Shown here one piece after another: positions 13,032 to 24,829 of a stretch of 64,000 nt of DNA. The notes beneath the pieces were generated by a model that saw only the letters and a list, made by a program, of their open reading frames with translations, searched no databases and was not told where the DNA came from. The DNA comes from Chiloscyllium plagiosum. Lineage: Eukaryota. Each line of letters starts with the position of its first letter. Positions within the stretch are counted from its first letter, which is position 1. Made by a program: the position numbers and the translations under genes. The stretch lies in contig NC_057754.1 of the NCBI RefSeq assembly GCF_004010195.1, positions 2,541,498 to 2,605,497 on the forward strand, given 5' to 3'.

Positions 13032-13212
13032 CAGTGTTAATTTCGCCACTCCAAACATTGGCCAGTATCCCCTCTCTTGGAGCAGAGGAGCCTCCGATGT
13101 AGATCTGAGAAACAAATGTTGCATTGCGGGGAATTGCAATGGGCAGGAATGGAACACGGAGAGGAGTCTTCACACATGTATTATTTTGGGGGTAGAATTG
13201 GAACATAATGTT
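13032..13212 (-). CDS. Ependymin-like protein, coding exon 4
   Basis: ttgcag|AAC...G|gtaaga, 181 bp. Encodes NIMFQFYPQNNTCVKTPLRVPFLPIAIPRNATFVSQIYIGGSSAPREGILANVWSGEINT, with ependymin motifs CxKxxL, IPxNATF and YIGG. Confidence 0.95.
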
Positions 13213-13612
13213 CTGCAAGTAGAGGAGAGAAACAGAGAGGAGTTACACAAGGGAACTTTACAATACCACCCAGTTCGACAGATCAGAACCTCTGGCCAAC
13301 TGCCCACCACCCCAGTGGGAAGGGCTAGACCTCGCTCTTCCATCCATTGAGTTATTCTGTGCTCAACATCCCACACATACTGCTGTTGTAAAGTGTGTTA
13401 ATTCATTAATTTTACTTTTTAAATTAATTCATTGAAGATTAAATCGATGATTGACCAAGCAGTTTCTCTGTTCTAACTCCAATGGTGCAATGTTGTAGAC
13501 AGTAGAGTGACAGTGTCACCTAGCAGCTATACCATGCAACTATCGTGACACAATTGTTTACATAGGGGACTTCTTTAACAATGATTTACAGAGCTATTTC
13601 AATCTGACATAC

Positions 13613-13945
13613 AGAATAGAATCCCTACAATGCGGAAACAGGCACTTGGCCCAACAAGTCAACACTGACCCTCCCAGACCCATTCCCCTACCCTATTGCT
13701 CTACATTTACCCCTGACTAATACAACTGACCTACACGTCCCTGAACACTGTGACAATTCAACACGGCCAATCCACCTAACCTGCACCTATTTGGACTGAG
13801 AGAGGAAATCGGAGCACCCGGAGGAAATCCACGCAGACACGGGGAGAATGTGCAAATTCCACATGGACAGTCGCCCAAGGGTGGAATCAAACCCGGGATC
13901 CTGGTACTGGGAGGCAGCAGTGCTAACCACTGAGGCACTGTGCAT
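13613..13945 (-). mobile_element. HE1-type V-SINE
   Basis: Same tRNA-like head and tail as the other copies. Confidence 0.8.
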
Positions 13946-14342
13946 CGGGAGTAAACTTTACAGATGGAAAATGATTTGTTTTTTTAAGAACAGTAGAAGA
14001 ATCAAGCGTTACTCAGAAGGAGAGGAGAGAAAAGGAAGGTAAGGTAAGGCAAGAAGACGGGATATAATTGAAATAAAGTTCTGACTTTGTGGTTCTTGAC
14101 TCTTGCCATTAATTTCTGATGCACTGAACCGGTCACCTCAATGATTTTAAAGAACCCATTTCAATGCATGTAGACAAACAAAATCTCCAACATCTCACAA
14201 AGACCAAATCTGAAATTAAATCGGAAAGCAGGTTTCCTCACAGCCTTCAAACATCACTGAATACAGATCAAGCTCAATGTGATACATCTTTCAACACTTC
14301 ACAGTCCGAGTCCTAAACAATAATAGCAATGTGACTTGCTCA

Positions 14343-14788
14343 CAGTGTACAGGGAGCTTTACTCTATATCTAACTCTGTGCTGTCCCTGTCCTGTGTGTG
14401 TTTGATGAGGGACATTGTGCAGGGAACTTTACCCACTATCTAACCCCGTGCTATCCCTGTCCTGGGTGTATTTGATGGGGGAACAGTGTAGAGAGAGCTT
14501 TACTCTGTATCTCACCCTGTGCTGTACTTGTCCTGGGAGTGTTTGATGGGGAACAGTGTAGAGGGAATTTCACTCTGTATCTAACCCAATGTTGTCCCTG
14601 TCCCTGGGAGTGTATGATGGCGGGGGGACAGTGTAGAGGGAGCTTTACTCTGGATCTAACCCTGTGCTGTCCCTGTCCCTGCCCTGGGAATGTTTGATGG
14701 GGGGACAGTGTGGAGAGAGCTTTACTCTGTATCTAACCCTGTGCTGTCCCTGTCCTGGGGAGTGTTTGATGGGGGACAGTGTAGAGGT
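14343..14788. repeat. About 70-bp minisatellite, about 6 copies
   Basis: Unit GGGGACAGTGTAGAGGGAGCTTTACTCTGTATCTAACCCCGTGCTGTCCCTGTCCTGGGAGTGTTTGATG. Confidence 0.9.
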
Positions 14789-14966
14789 GATGTGGAGCTT
14801 GGTGTTTGAAGTCTGAATGGAAGATATCCCAGTATTTCTATCCCTCACCGTGAAACAATGATACGGAATGCTGCTGCATGTAGTGGGAGCCGCTTAGGGC
14901 TCCTTGTCAGGATGATGGGAGGGGCGTTACCTCATCAATCAGAAGCCTCTTGGTCTGTAAACTCAC

Positions 14967-15104
14967 CTCTTTGTACAGGAGGAAATTGTACACAGAGATC
15001 TTAACGCCTTTGTCCATCATCAGCACACTTTTGGTGCATATCCTCTTTTGTATCCCGTCAAAGGCGAACTTGGACCACATCTCAAAGTGTTTGCTTGGGT
15101 CGAA
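14967..15104 (-). CDS. Ependymin-like protein, coding exon 3
   Basis: ttttatag|TTC...GAG|gtgagt, 138 bp, phase 0/0. Encodes FDPSKHFEMWSKFAFDGIQKRICTKSVLMMDKGVKISVYNFLLYKE (compare EPDR SYDGxNQRVR...LLYKD). Confidence 0.93.
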
Positions 15105-15399
15105 CTATAAAATAAAACTGAGAAGGATGAGACCAGCACTGGAAAACGTTATACCCGTGAGAAAAAGTCTACAGCAGCTGTTTTTCTGGATGGGGGTGGG
15201 GGGAAAGATAAGGCTCTTTTCTCTTCGAGAGGGATAGAGATCTCTCAAATGATGAGGTGGTGGTAATTGATCGTTACAGTCCCTAAGGCATCGGTGCAGT
15301 CATTGGTAAAGGAGGAAGTCAACGCCAACAGGAGGGGGAAAGGAAATAGCAGGAAAGGCTGATAAAACGAGAAAATGGAGACAGCATCCAATTCTCTCT

Positions 15400-16010
15400 C
15401 TTTAAGAGCCAGCAATGATTGCTCCTGGGAAGGTGGTGGGGAGCTGGCTTTTTGAACCACAGTGCTCCATATGGTGTAAGGCCAAGCTGCAGTGCTGTTT
15501 GGGAGGGAGCTCAAGGATTCGGACCCAGTGACAGTGAAGGAACAGCAACATGGTGCGTGGCTCAGAGGGGAACCTGCAGGGAGTGGTGTTCCCACATGTC
15601 CTTCTCCTGGGTTCACAAGGTTCTGTCTAAGGAGCCTTGGTGAGTGTCTGCAGTGCACCTTGTGGATAGTACACACTGCTGCTACTGAGTGTCGGTGGTG
15701 AAGGGAGTGGGTATTTGCGGATGGGGTGCCAATCAGATGGGCTGCTGCATCCTGGATGGTGTCGAGCTTCTTGAGTGTTGTTGGAGCTGTCCCCATCCAG
15801 GGGCAAGTGGGGATTATTCCATCACACTCCTGACTTATGCCCTGTAAGTGGTGGATAGGCTTTTGGGGGGCGGGGGGGGGGGGTAGGGGAAAGAGGGGTG
15901 AGGAGGTGAGTTTCTCGATGCAGGATTCCCAGCCTCTAACCTGCTCTTGCAGCCGCTGTGTTTATATGGCTGGCCCAGTTCAGTTTCTGATCATTGGTAC
16001 CACCCTAAGA
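15400..16010 (-). mobile_element. CR1-like LINE 3' fragment
   Basis: TTLKKLDTIQDAAAHLIG...HSLHHRHSVAAVCTIHKVHC; similar copies at 25690-26175 and 37515-38350. Confidence 0.75.
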
Positions 16011-16559
16011 CATTAATTGTGAGGTAGGTGTAAAGGTAAAGTTGTCATAGGCTTATCAACCTTGCCCCTCAACCAAGGCATGGTGATCTTTAGGTTTAAC
16101 CACAACCAGTTATCTCTCTCTCCCTCAAGAGAGAGAGAGAGAGAGAGAGCGTGAGTGTAGCATGATGGTTCACTAGGACTATGCAATTAAAAAAATGGGG
16201 ATTCAGCAATGTTAATGCCTTTGAACATCGAGGACGACGGTGTGGCGCTTTCCTATTGGAAATAATGATTGCCCGGCCCTTGCGTGGCATGTGCGCTGCT
16301 TGTTAGATGGAAATGCAAACCTATACACTCGAACATGGGGACTGCTTCAGTCTCTGAGGAGTCGAACAAGCAGCAAGTATCATAAGGTCAGAAGTGGTGA
16401 TGGAGGGAAGGTCATTGACGAAGCAGTTGGAGATGGGTGGGCCCAGGACACTACCCCTGAGGAACTCACACAGAGATGTCCTGGAGCCAAGATGACAGGC
16501 CGAAGACAATTGTTTTGGTTTGATTATTCCAAAATACACACGTTATCAATTTTATAAGA

Positions 16560-17490
16560 TCCACTTCTGCTTGTCATATATACGACCGATTCAGATGAGA
16601 ATTTAGGAGGCATGGTTAGTAATTTTGTGGATGACACCAAAATTGGTGCCACCGCTAACATTACAAAGGGATCTTCATCAATTGGATCATGGGCTGGGGT
16701 GTGGAAAATGAAGTTTTATTTAGATAAACGTGAGGTTGTGCATTTTGGTAAAACAAACAAGGGCAGGACTTTTACAATTAAAACCATTATACAATTAATG
16801 GTAAGGCCCTGGGTAGTGTTGCAGAACAGAGGGACCTCGGGTTTCAGATACATAATTCTTTGAAGTTTGGGTCTCAGGTAGGCAGGGTGGTTAAGAAGGC
16901 GTTTTGTATATTTCTCTTCACTGCTCAGACCTTTGAGTGCAGGAGTTGGGATGTCATGTTGAGGTTGTACAGGACTTTGGTGAGACCTCTTCTGGAATAC
17001 TGTGTCCAGTTCTGGTCGCCCTGTTATCGGAAGGATATTACTAAACTGTAAAGGGTTCAGAAAAGATTTACTTGCCAGGACTGGAGGGTTTGAATTATAA
17101 GGATAGGCTGGGACTTTTTCACTGGAGCTTAGGAGGTTAAGAGGGGACCTTATCGTGGTTTATAAAATCACGAGGGGCACAGATAACTTGAATAGCAAGG
17201 GTTTTTTCCTTCAGGTGGGAGAGTTCAAATCTGGGGGGCTCAGTTTTAAAAGACTTAAAAGGGACCTGAAGGGCAACTTTTTCACAGAGAGTGGTTTGTG
17301 TGTGGAATGAACTGCCAAAGGAAATGGTGGATGCAGCTACAGTTACATTTAAAAGAAATGTCAATAAGTGCATGAATAGGAAAGATTTGGGGTTATAGGC
17401 CAGGAGCAGGCAGGAGGGACCAGTTTGGAATGGGAACATGGTTGGCATGGATTAGTTGGACCGAAGAGTCTGTTTCCTTGCTGGTTATGT
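16560..17490 (+). mobile_element. CR1/HER1 LINE 3' fragment
   Basis: SNFVDDTKIG, LYRTLVRPLLEYCVQFWSP and the typical 3' tail. Confidence 0.85.
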
Positions 17491-18835
17491 GGTTACAGAG
17501 TCACAGAATCATAAAGTTCTGATAACCATCTTCTTATGTGCCAGGTATGACTCTGTACAACTCTAGCAAAGCCCTCCCTACTTCAATATCTCTTATGGAC
17601 TTCCTACATCTGATAAGGCCAGAGCCCTGATCCAAACACACAATGCTCCACGTAGGGGAGTCTTGCTACAAAGAGAGTCACCCTGTTGACACGTTTTGTC
17701 TTGCACTCAGCAGGACCGGATGGCAAAACATTCAAAAGCTACAAGGGGAACAACAATGTAAACTGCACAATAGGCTGCTGTTTGGTGGGCAAGTGACTCT
17801 GCTTAGTCACGGTGTTGCTGCAGAGAACGTACCCAATGACCAATCATCAACCCGACACGGGTTTAGGTTCAAAGGCGCCAGGAAAGAGTGGTCATTCCAT
17901 GTTTTTGTTGAATTGATCAAGGTGCACTGGTTGGACATGTCCTTTGCGGAGGAGAGGGGTCCTGCATGTAAACACACTTGGCTTCAGGCAGGCATGGGCA
18001 CACAGACATTATGATTCAATGCCCCTCCTCAAAACTCTGGGGGGGAGGGGGGCGGAATCAGAGACACCAAACATTATGATCCTGATACTCACGGTGACCA
18101 TTTGACCTTCCAGAAGCTTGGGTCCATCTGCAACATACAAAGTAAAGGAAAAGCTCTGGTATAGGCAGCACAGGTCTATTCGAGTGGATCATTGTACACG
18201 TTTACCATTCTCCACTGTCAAGCCACTAGATTTTCAGAAACAGAGACCATTCAGCCCAAGTAGACTCTGCCAGAAATTATATTCCACTTGGGTTTCCTCC
18301 ATTCTAATGGGCTCTGCCCACATTGGTTCCCAGATCCCCTTATCCCTCTGTCACATATGAAACCTCTCTTTAAATGCATTGACGTGATCTGCTCTCATGT
18401 CACTCATGTGTGCAATTTCCACATCATTGTCAAGAAATTATTAAGTTCTGTATTTGAGCTATTAGTTTCTATTTTACATTTATGTGCACTAGTTCTTTAC
18501 ACAGACAAAGGAAATAAGTGCATGAGTAGGAAAGAATTGGAGGGATATAGGCCAGGAGCAGGCAGGAGGGACCAGTTTGGAATGGGAACATGGTTGGCGT
18601 AGATTAGTTGGACCGAAGAGTCTGTTCCCTTGCTGTCTGACTCTATGGTTCTGTGACTCTATAACCACAGCCATCTTCCTATGTGCCAGGTATGACTCTG
18701 TACAACTCTAGCAAATCCTCCCTACTTCAATATTTCTTATGGATCTTCTGCATCTGATAAGGCAAGAGCCTTGATCCAAACTCCACGTAGGGGAGTCTTG
18801 CTACAAAGAGAGTCACCCTGTTGAAACGTTTTGTC
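17363..18835 (+). repeat. Local about 330-bp direct repeat pair (17363-17700 and 18513-18835) flanking ependymin coding exon 2
   Basis: Both copies share the LINE tail plus non-LINE sequence TGTGCCAGGTATGACTCTGTACAACTCTAGCAAA...CTCCACGTAGGGGAGTCTTGCTACAAAGAGAGTCACCCTGTTGA. Confidence 0.85.
18093..18127 (-). CDS. Ependymin-like protein, coding exon 2 (35-bp microexon)
   Basis: gttgcag|AT...ACC|gtgagt. Encodes (Y)GPKLLEGQMVT, completing the CxxPxxxEG motif, and bridges phase 1 to phase 0 exactly. Confidence 0.9.
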
Positions 18836-18839
18836 AATA

Positions 18840-19400
18840 GGTGTCTTGGAACAACAGTCTATGAGAAAATAAATATCCTGTGAAGCCTTGGTTGTTTTTT
18901 TTAAAAAGAAAGCTGGAACAATAGAAGCAGCCTGAATGGGTGTGGTCCAGCTTCCATCCACAGAACCTGGAATGTTTAGTTTTTAGTTTTCAGCAGCAGT
19001 TGCCGTTGGGGGATTGAAGCGGAAGATATTTTTTCCATCTCTCGATTGCAGTCAAAAGCTGGGCTGCTCGATTGCATGTGAGACAAAATCTGTTTTCTGA
19101 TTTTGCCTTTTGCCAAGGGCGTGTTTTTGGATGCTACTGTATTGGAACAGTCAATTAGTAATAGTTACTGTTTCCATTATTCTGTTAAGTTTTCCAATAG
19201 AGTTAAATTATTCCAACTTCCTTTCTCTTTTGTTGTATTTTAACTATCGTGTTTGAATAAATTGTGTTTTGCTTAACTTCGAGTAGTTTGACCAATCGAA
19301 TTGCATCTGGAACACAGCATTTATTTTTATAAAAAGAAACAAAATTAGAGTCTAAGCTACCTTCTTAAAATTTTGAGGGGGTGTGACCTGGTCCAAAACA
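18840..19400 (+). mobile_element. Probable partial solo LTR
   Basis: Ends GGGGGTGTGACCTGGTCCAAAACA, similar to the terminus of the 35549-36156 element; internal AATAAA near 19256. Confidence 0.45.
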
Positions 19401-19464
19401 TATTATAGAAATTGTTTTTTGTTATTTTAACCTTGTTAAGTCCAGATATCTATTATGTGTACTA

Positions 19465-19762
19465 GGTAAAAATAATGACTGCAGATGCTGGAAACCAGAG
19501 TTTAGATTAGAGTGGTGCTGGAAAAGCACAGCAGTTCAGGCAGCATCCAAGGAGCAGTAAAATCGATGTTTCGGGCAAAAGCCCTTCATCAGGAATACAG
19601 GCAGAGAGCCTGAAGGGCCCACCCTTCTCTCACTTATCTCTCCACCCTTCAGGCTCTCTGCCTGTATTCCTGATGAAGAGCTTTTGCCCGAAACGTCGAT
19701 TTTACTGCTCCTTGGATGCTTCCTGAACTGCTGTGCTTTTCCAGTACCACTCTAATCTAGAC
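19465..19762. mobile_element. Penelope-derived palindromic element with two opposed hammerhead-like cores
   Basis: About 115-bp near-perfect inverted arms (19502-19617 and 19645-19761). Cores at 19562-19593 (minus) and 19670-19696 (plus). Confidence 0.85.
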
Positions 19763-20519
19763 TCTATTATACGCACATCTTGCATCTGAAAGTTCACTTT
19801 TAAGAATTCCAATGTCCCATGTGTATACAATGTTATGACTCTGCCTGGCAAGCTGGATAGACAGTAACCCGTTAGCTTGCTGTAACGTCTGCTTCATAAC
19901 TGTGTCAAACAAACTACCCGAGGTGTTAATCGATACTTAGACCTCTTTCATTAACATGACTGTACCATCTCCTTCAACCTGCACCGTACCCGCACCAAGG
20001 TCAAGAGAATTTTCCTGACACTCCGTACACAAAGTGGAACCTAGCACTCTAAAATTATCCAAAACTGGGATATAACTGAAACATTACTTCTTTCCTGTTC
20101 TCCATTGGATAAAAGCCATCATTCCACCTTTTAAATTATTTTTTGTGCTTGTCTACCGTCTCATGGTTAAAATGCCACATATCCAAAATTCTTTCATATT
20201 TCCACATCTCGTTGGCGAAAAATAAAGTTTCCCAATTCACCCTCCTTGGCTTTGAAATGTCCGGCTTCTCACTTTCTTCACACTGAATTCCATCCACTGC
20301 ACTTACACCATCAATCCCCCATGTCCTTTCACAACTTTATACTTACCTGTGATTATCAGGTGGAAAAGTTTCCATCTGAGATCACATGCTATCCTGTCTT
20401 GGAACAATATCACATAAACGACAAGTCTCTCTCTCTCCCCAACCCCAATCTTGGCCAAGAGAGAGTGTTCCACACATTCAACACTCAGAAAATTCCTCCT
20501 AATCTCTGTTCTAAACGGG

Positions 20520-21000
20520 AGACCGTGCACAGAGTCAAACAGCATGGAAACAGATCCTTGGGTCCAACCAGTCCATGACGAACATGATCCCAAAACTAAA
20601 CTAGTCCCACCTGCCTGCTCCTGGCCCATATCCTCTCCAAACCTTTCCTATTTCTGTACATAGCCAAGTGTCTTTCAAAAGTTGTAATTGTACCCACATC
20701 CACCACTTCCTCAGGAAGGCCATTCCACACACGAACCTCATGTCTTTAAATCTCTCTCCTTAAAAATGTGTCCCACTACTTGAAATTCTCCCATCCTAGG
20801 GAAAGGACACTTGCCATTCAATTTATCCCTATTCCCCTGATTATTTTATAAACTTTTATAAAGGTCACTTCTCAACTTGCTACGCTCCAGTGAAAAACAA
20901 GTCCTAGCCTTTCTTTGTAACTCAAACCTTCCAAACCCGGCAACATCCTGGTAAATCTCTTCTGAACTCTCTCCAGCTTAATAACATTCCTCTCACACTT
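20520..21000 (-). mobile_element. CR1/HER1 LINE 3' fragment
   Basis: Reverse complement of the recurrent LINE tail. Confidence 0.75.
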
Positions 21001-23215
21001 TTAAGTCATGTGCCTTTGTCCTATACTCTCCCACAAGGGGCAACACTATTCCATCAAGTGATCCCTCTGTCTTCTTTCACCTAGACTACTTGAATCTATA
21101 TGGGAAAGGTGTGTCAGGAGACATATGTCAAAGTGGGATTCAATATCTTTATGGCAGAGGTAGATACATTCTGGATTACCATGGAATTGAATTAGCTTTA
21201 TTGTCACATCTCCTCATAGTGAAAAGTTGACAAGTTGCCATACTTACGGTGCCATCTTTGGTACAAGGTACCTAGGTATGGATGGTTCAGTTGGAAAATA
21301 AAGAAATAAAAAGTCCAGTATTGTCCTCTGAGGGGGATGAAAGATTAATCAGGAATATGCAGGAATTTGGAGTGGAGATAGAGGTTAAAATCAGAATAGC
21401 TGTGATGTTATTAAATAGCAGAGGAGCTCAAAGGGACCAAGTGGCCGACTGTTATTCATACCGGGGGAGGGGGAGGTCATTTATTCCCATCCACATTAGC
21501 ACTTTGTAAAGTTCCGCTAATCAGCGCCTCATTATGCACTTCGCAAGAGGTCACAAAATGTTTTGGGTGTGGTGTGGTGTGGGTGTATATATAGACAAAA
21601 GATGTATTTATAGATAAAACTGAGTTCATGTGATCTCCTGGAATCTTTCCATTGCCTAAGAGGGCGGGAGAGGAAGATTCCAGTGCAACTTTCTCTTAGT
21701 GAGCCTGTGGGTTTCTCCTCTAATTTTCTTAAGCTCTCCCAGGCAAATCGGAGACAAGTCTGGAGTAGGAAGGACATAAGAGAGGGAGGGAGGATAGGTT
21801 TTGTAGCGATGTACAGACTGTTGAGGTGAGAGAAAGATCGGGTACACCTGAGGGCTCTTTACCTGTTACTCATTATCCTTCAGAAAAGTTCGTTAAAACC
21901 TGGCCCCCAAGTGGACGATCCAAACGAGTTGTCTGAAGAAACCCCACAGGGGCCGGTGTCCCGTCACCCTTTATTTACAAGTGTATAGTCCTTGACACTG
22001 GTCTGGCTCCCTTAGAACCATCTCTCAATGAACAAACCTCCGACACTCCTGTCTGTCAGCCAGGGCTCCCAGATTGGAACGGGTTATCAGGGAACTCGTT
22101 CTACGAGGCTCACTCGGCTGACCTAATTCCAATTGCTAGTGTTCATAATGGGCTCCCATTTGGCTAAACGTGGAGCAATTATTTCCCCTGGAACTTCCAA
22201 AAACAAGGGGTGGACTTGTTGGGCCGAAGGGCCTGTTTCCACACTGTAATCTAATCTAATCTAAAAAAAAAAAGGGCATTGAATTGATGACGCCCCACTC
22301 CCATATTAAGGAGCCTGGTCGTGCAGTAGGCAATAATCCTGCCTCTGGGCTGGATGTGTTGGGTTTGAGTGCCAGGCTAGGTCATTGGCTACAGATGGAG
22401 AGTTTTGACCAAACAGGCCTGTAAATCATCCCAGCATGCTTAGCAACAGGCAACAGGACTGGGATAGTCTCCCAGTCAGTCCGCCTGGAGATAGTTATGA
22501 CAAACTGCCACAGTATTTCACTTGTAAGACCATCATTCATAAACTTTGTAAAAGCACATCACAACCTTAATGCTACAGCAGGCACTGTAAAGTCCACTTG
22601 TGCATGTTTCGCTTTGAGATGTCTCAATATGATTTTACATCATGATCTTTGAGAGTAAACGCAAAATACTGCAGGTGCTGGAAACTGAATATGGAGAAAC
22701 TCAGCAGCATCCTTGGAGAGAAAGAGACAGAGAGGGGAGAGAGAGAGAGAGAGAGGAGAACAGAGATAAAGCTCTGAAGAGTCATGCTAGGCTAGAAACA
22801 CTAACTGGGTCTCACTCCACAGATGCTGCCTGCTCAGTTTCTCCAGCTTTCTGAGGAGCTGCGCACATGAACAGCATTGAAATCGTATAGAGGGACCTCA
22901 GCGTGGAACTTGGTGCACGGAGAGAAGTTTGTCCCCACTGTGTACTCCATTGGAAATGGTTTGCTCGGGTTGCACGTCGGATATAGAGTGTGTTGCGAAT
23001 GTGCATCGCAGTCGTAAAGAAGCATTGGCCAATCCAATGGCAGCCCATGGGCCACAAGTGGACTTTTTGGAATATTCGGGAAATGAGAACCAAAAGAACA
23101 GCCAGAAAGAAAGACCCAGTTATTCGGGTGTCCCAGTTGTAAGATGCATGGTTTCCCCTCTCTATCCTATCGCCTTGGAATCCAAGGCAGTGTAGTTTAA
23201 GAAAAAGGTACTCAC

Positions 23216-23291
23216 AACAAGGTTGAGGCTGGTTTTTGGCAGTCACCAGGAAGAATGAGGAGCAGATAGCCAGGGCAGCTAGCAGCTTCAT
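23216..23291 (-). CDS. Ependymin-like protein, coding exon 1 (signal peptide); the exon probably starts at 23325
   Basis: AACATGA start. Encodes MKLLAALAICSSFFLVTAKNQPQPC, a hydrophobic signal peptide plus the first conserved Cys. Donor T|gtgagt; upstream acceptor tctgtag| at 23326. Confidence 0.92.
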
Positions 23292-23429
23292 GTTTGCTTC
23301 GTGGGATCTGAATTTCGGTCACTCCCTACAGATACAAAAATGAAACAAAGGCATTTCTTACTCATGTGGGAGAGTATTCACATGCATTGAGGCAATGAAA
23401 GGGTCTGATAACTGAACAGACTCGTTAAA

Positions 23430-24290
23430 CCTCAGCAGGAAGACCTCAGAGAATGCTCTTCCCCCAGTGTCTTGGCAGCAGCTGTCCCAGGCTTTACTGC
23501 ATCCCTCAGCGCGTAGTCCTGGACCTCGGAATGCACCGGTCTGCAGCACCCGGTCGAGATCAACTCTTTACACTGTAAGGCCAACAAGTGTTGGGCCATA
23601 CCAAAGAGCATCTTTCACCGAGTCGATGATCCTCCAAACTCTGTCGATGATTGTCTTGGTGTGCGTCCTAGAGAACTGACTGTAGAGCACAGAGACCCAT
23701 ATCACGTGAACTTCGACAAAAATCATAGCATCTTTCTCCAGACCTTCATTGCAAAGGAATATTCCAGGAGGTTCGACAGTCTGTACCACCATCAACCCGC
23801 ACCTTCCACCACCACACCCCCACCAACCCACACACCCACCACCCCCTCACACCCGCCACCAACCCACACACCCACCAACCCACACACCCACCACCCCCTC
23901 CCACAACACCCCTCCACTCCCCCCACCACTCCAATCCACTACACCACACCCAATCACCCCACTCCCACCCTCCCAAACCATCTTCCCAGCCAATCAATCA
24001 GCTGCTTCATGAAGGATCTGACAGGCACCATCAACCAAGCTACGTCTTGGTGCTTGGTGGAAAGTTCTGGTGATGAGACGTTTTGCCGAATGAGTTTGAC
24101 AGTCTGCTCAGGGAACCGTGCGACAGGATCTACCCTCCCCTCGCCCCCCCAGGGTATCGAGGACACTACTCCTGACCACTTCCTGATGGACTTGTGGTCA
24201 AAGGTAGTTTTCTTTTTTGCAAATTTTTCCACAAAAGGACTAGGTGATAGGGAATGGTCCAACCACTTGGAGCTTTCTGCCATGCCAAGG
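23430..24290 (-). mobile_element. L1-Tx1-like LINE C-terminal fragment with an inserted C/A-rich low-complexity tract (about 23790-23990)
   Basis: Remnants FVEKFAKK..FDHKSIRKWS, NVSSPELSTKHQDVAWL and WRIIDSVKDALW, which resemble Tx1-clade ORF2 C-termini as I recall them. Confidence 0.65.
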
Positions 24291-24326
24291 CCAGTCCCAG
24301 CAACACCAGGGCCAGGTAGAACCTGG

Positions 24327-24635
24327 AGCGGCATGATGGCTCAGTGGTTAGCACTGTTACCTCCCAACACCAGGGACCCTGGTTCGATTCCAGCTGCGGT
24401 GACTGTCTGTGGGGAGCTGGCACATTCTCCCCGTGTCTGCGTGGATTTCCTCCCACAGTTCAAAGATGTGCAGTTTAGGGTGAATTGGTCATACTAAGTT
24501 GTCCATCTCTTCAGGGATGTGAAGGTTAGCGGGTAGATTTAGGGTAAGGGAATGAGTCTGGGCGGGATGCTCTGAGGGTCGGTACGGACTTGTTGGGCCA
24601 AAAGGCTGGTTTCCACACTGAAGGGATTCTATGAT
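24327..24635 (+). mobile_element. HE1-type V-SINE
   Basis: GCGGCATGATGGCTCAGTGGTTAGCAC...TTTCCACACTG. Confidence 0.8.
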
Positions 24636-24829
24636 GATCTCTATGAACCTCGGTACATTGTGACAGTTGGTGTTCATGGCCTGAGATGACACGCAACAGA
24701 ACTACTTCAGTACCTGTGAATGCACATTAAGATTTTGTTTGTGAATAAAGTACATTTTTACACAGATGAAGTTCGGACATTTAAGCCGAACGCCAGAGGG
24801 CACGAGCAGGAGGAGACAGGAGGGGAAGT

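Noticed and set aside
20339-20349. ATACTTACCTG, identical to the U1 snRNA 5' end
   Set aside because: The following sequence is not U1. It is only a consensus donor-like site on the minus strand, with no supported exon.
22812-23291. Signal peptide plus CC suggesting a CC chemokine
   Set aside because: The second Cys codon runs across a splice donor; the spliced product is ependymin-like.
23661-24497. Longest ORF in the track (278 aa, plus strand)
   Set aside because: It is the antisense of a Tx1 fragment plus a low-complexity tract and a SINE; it has no coherent protein signal.
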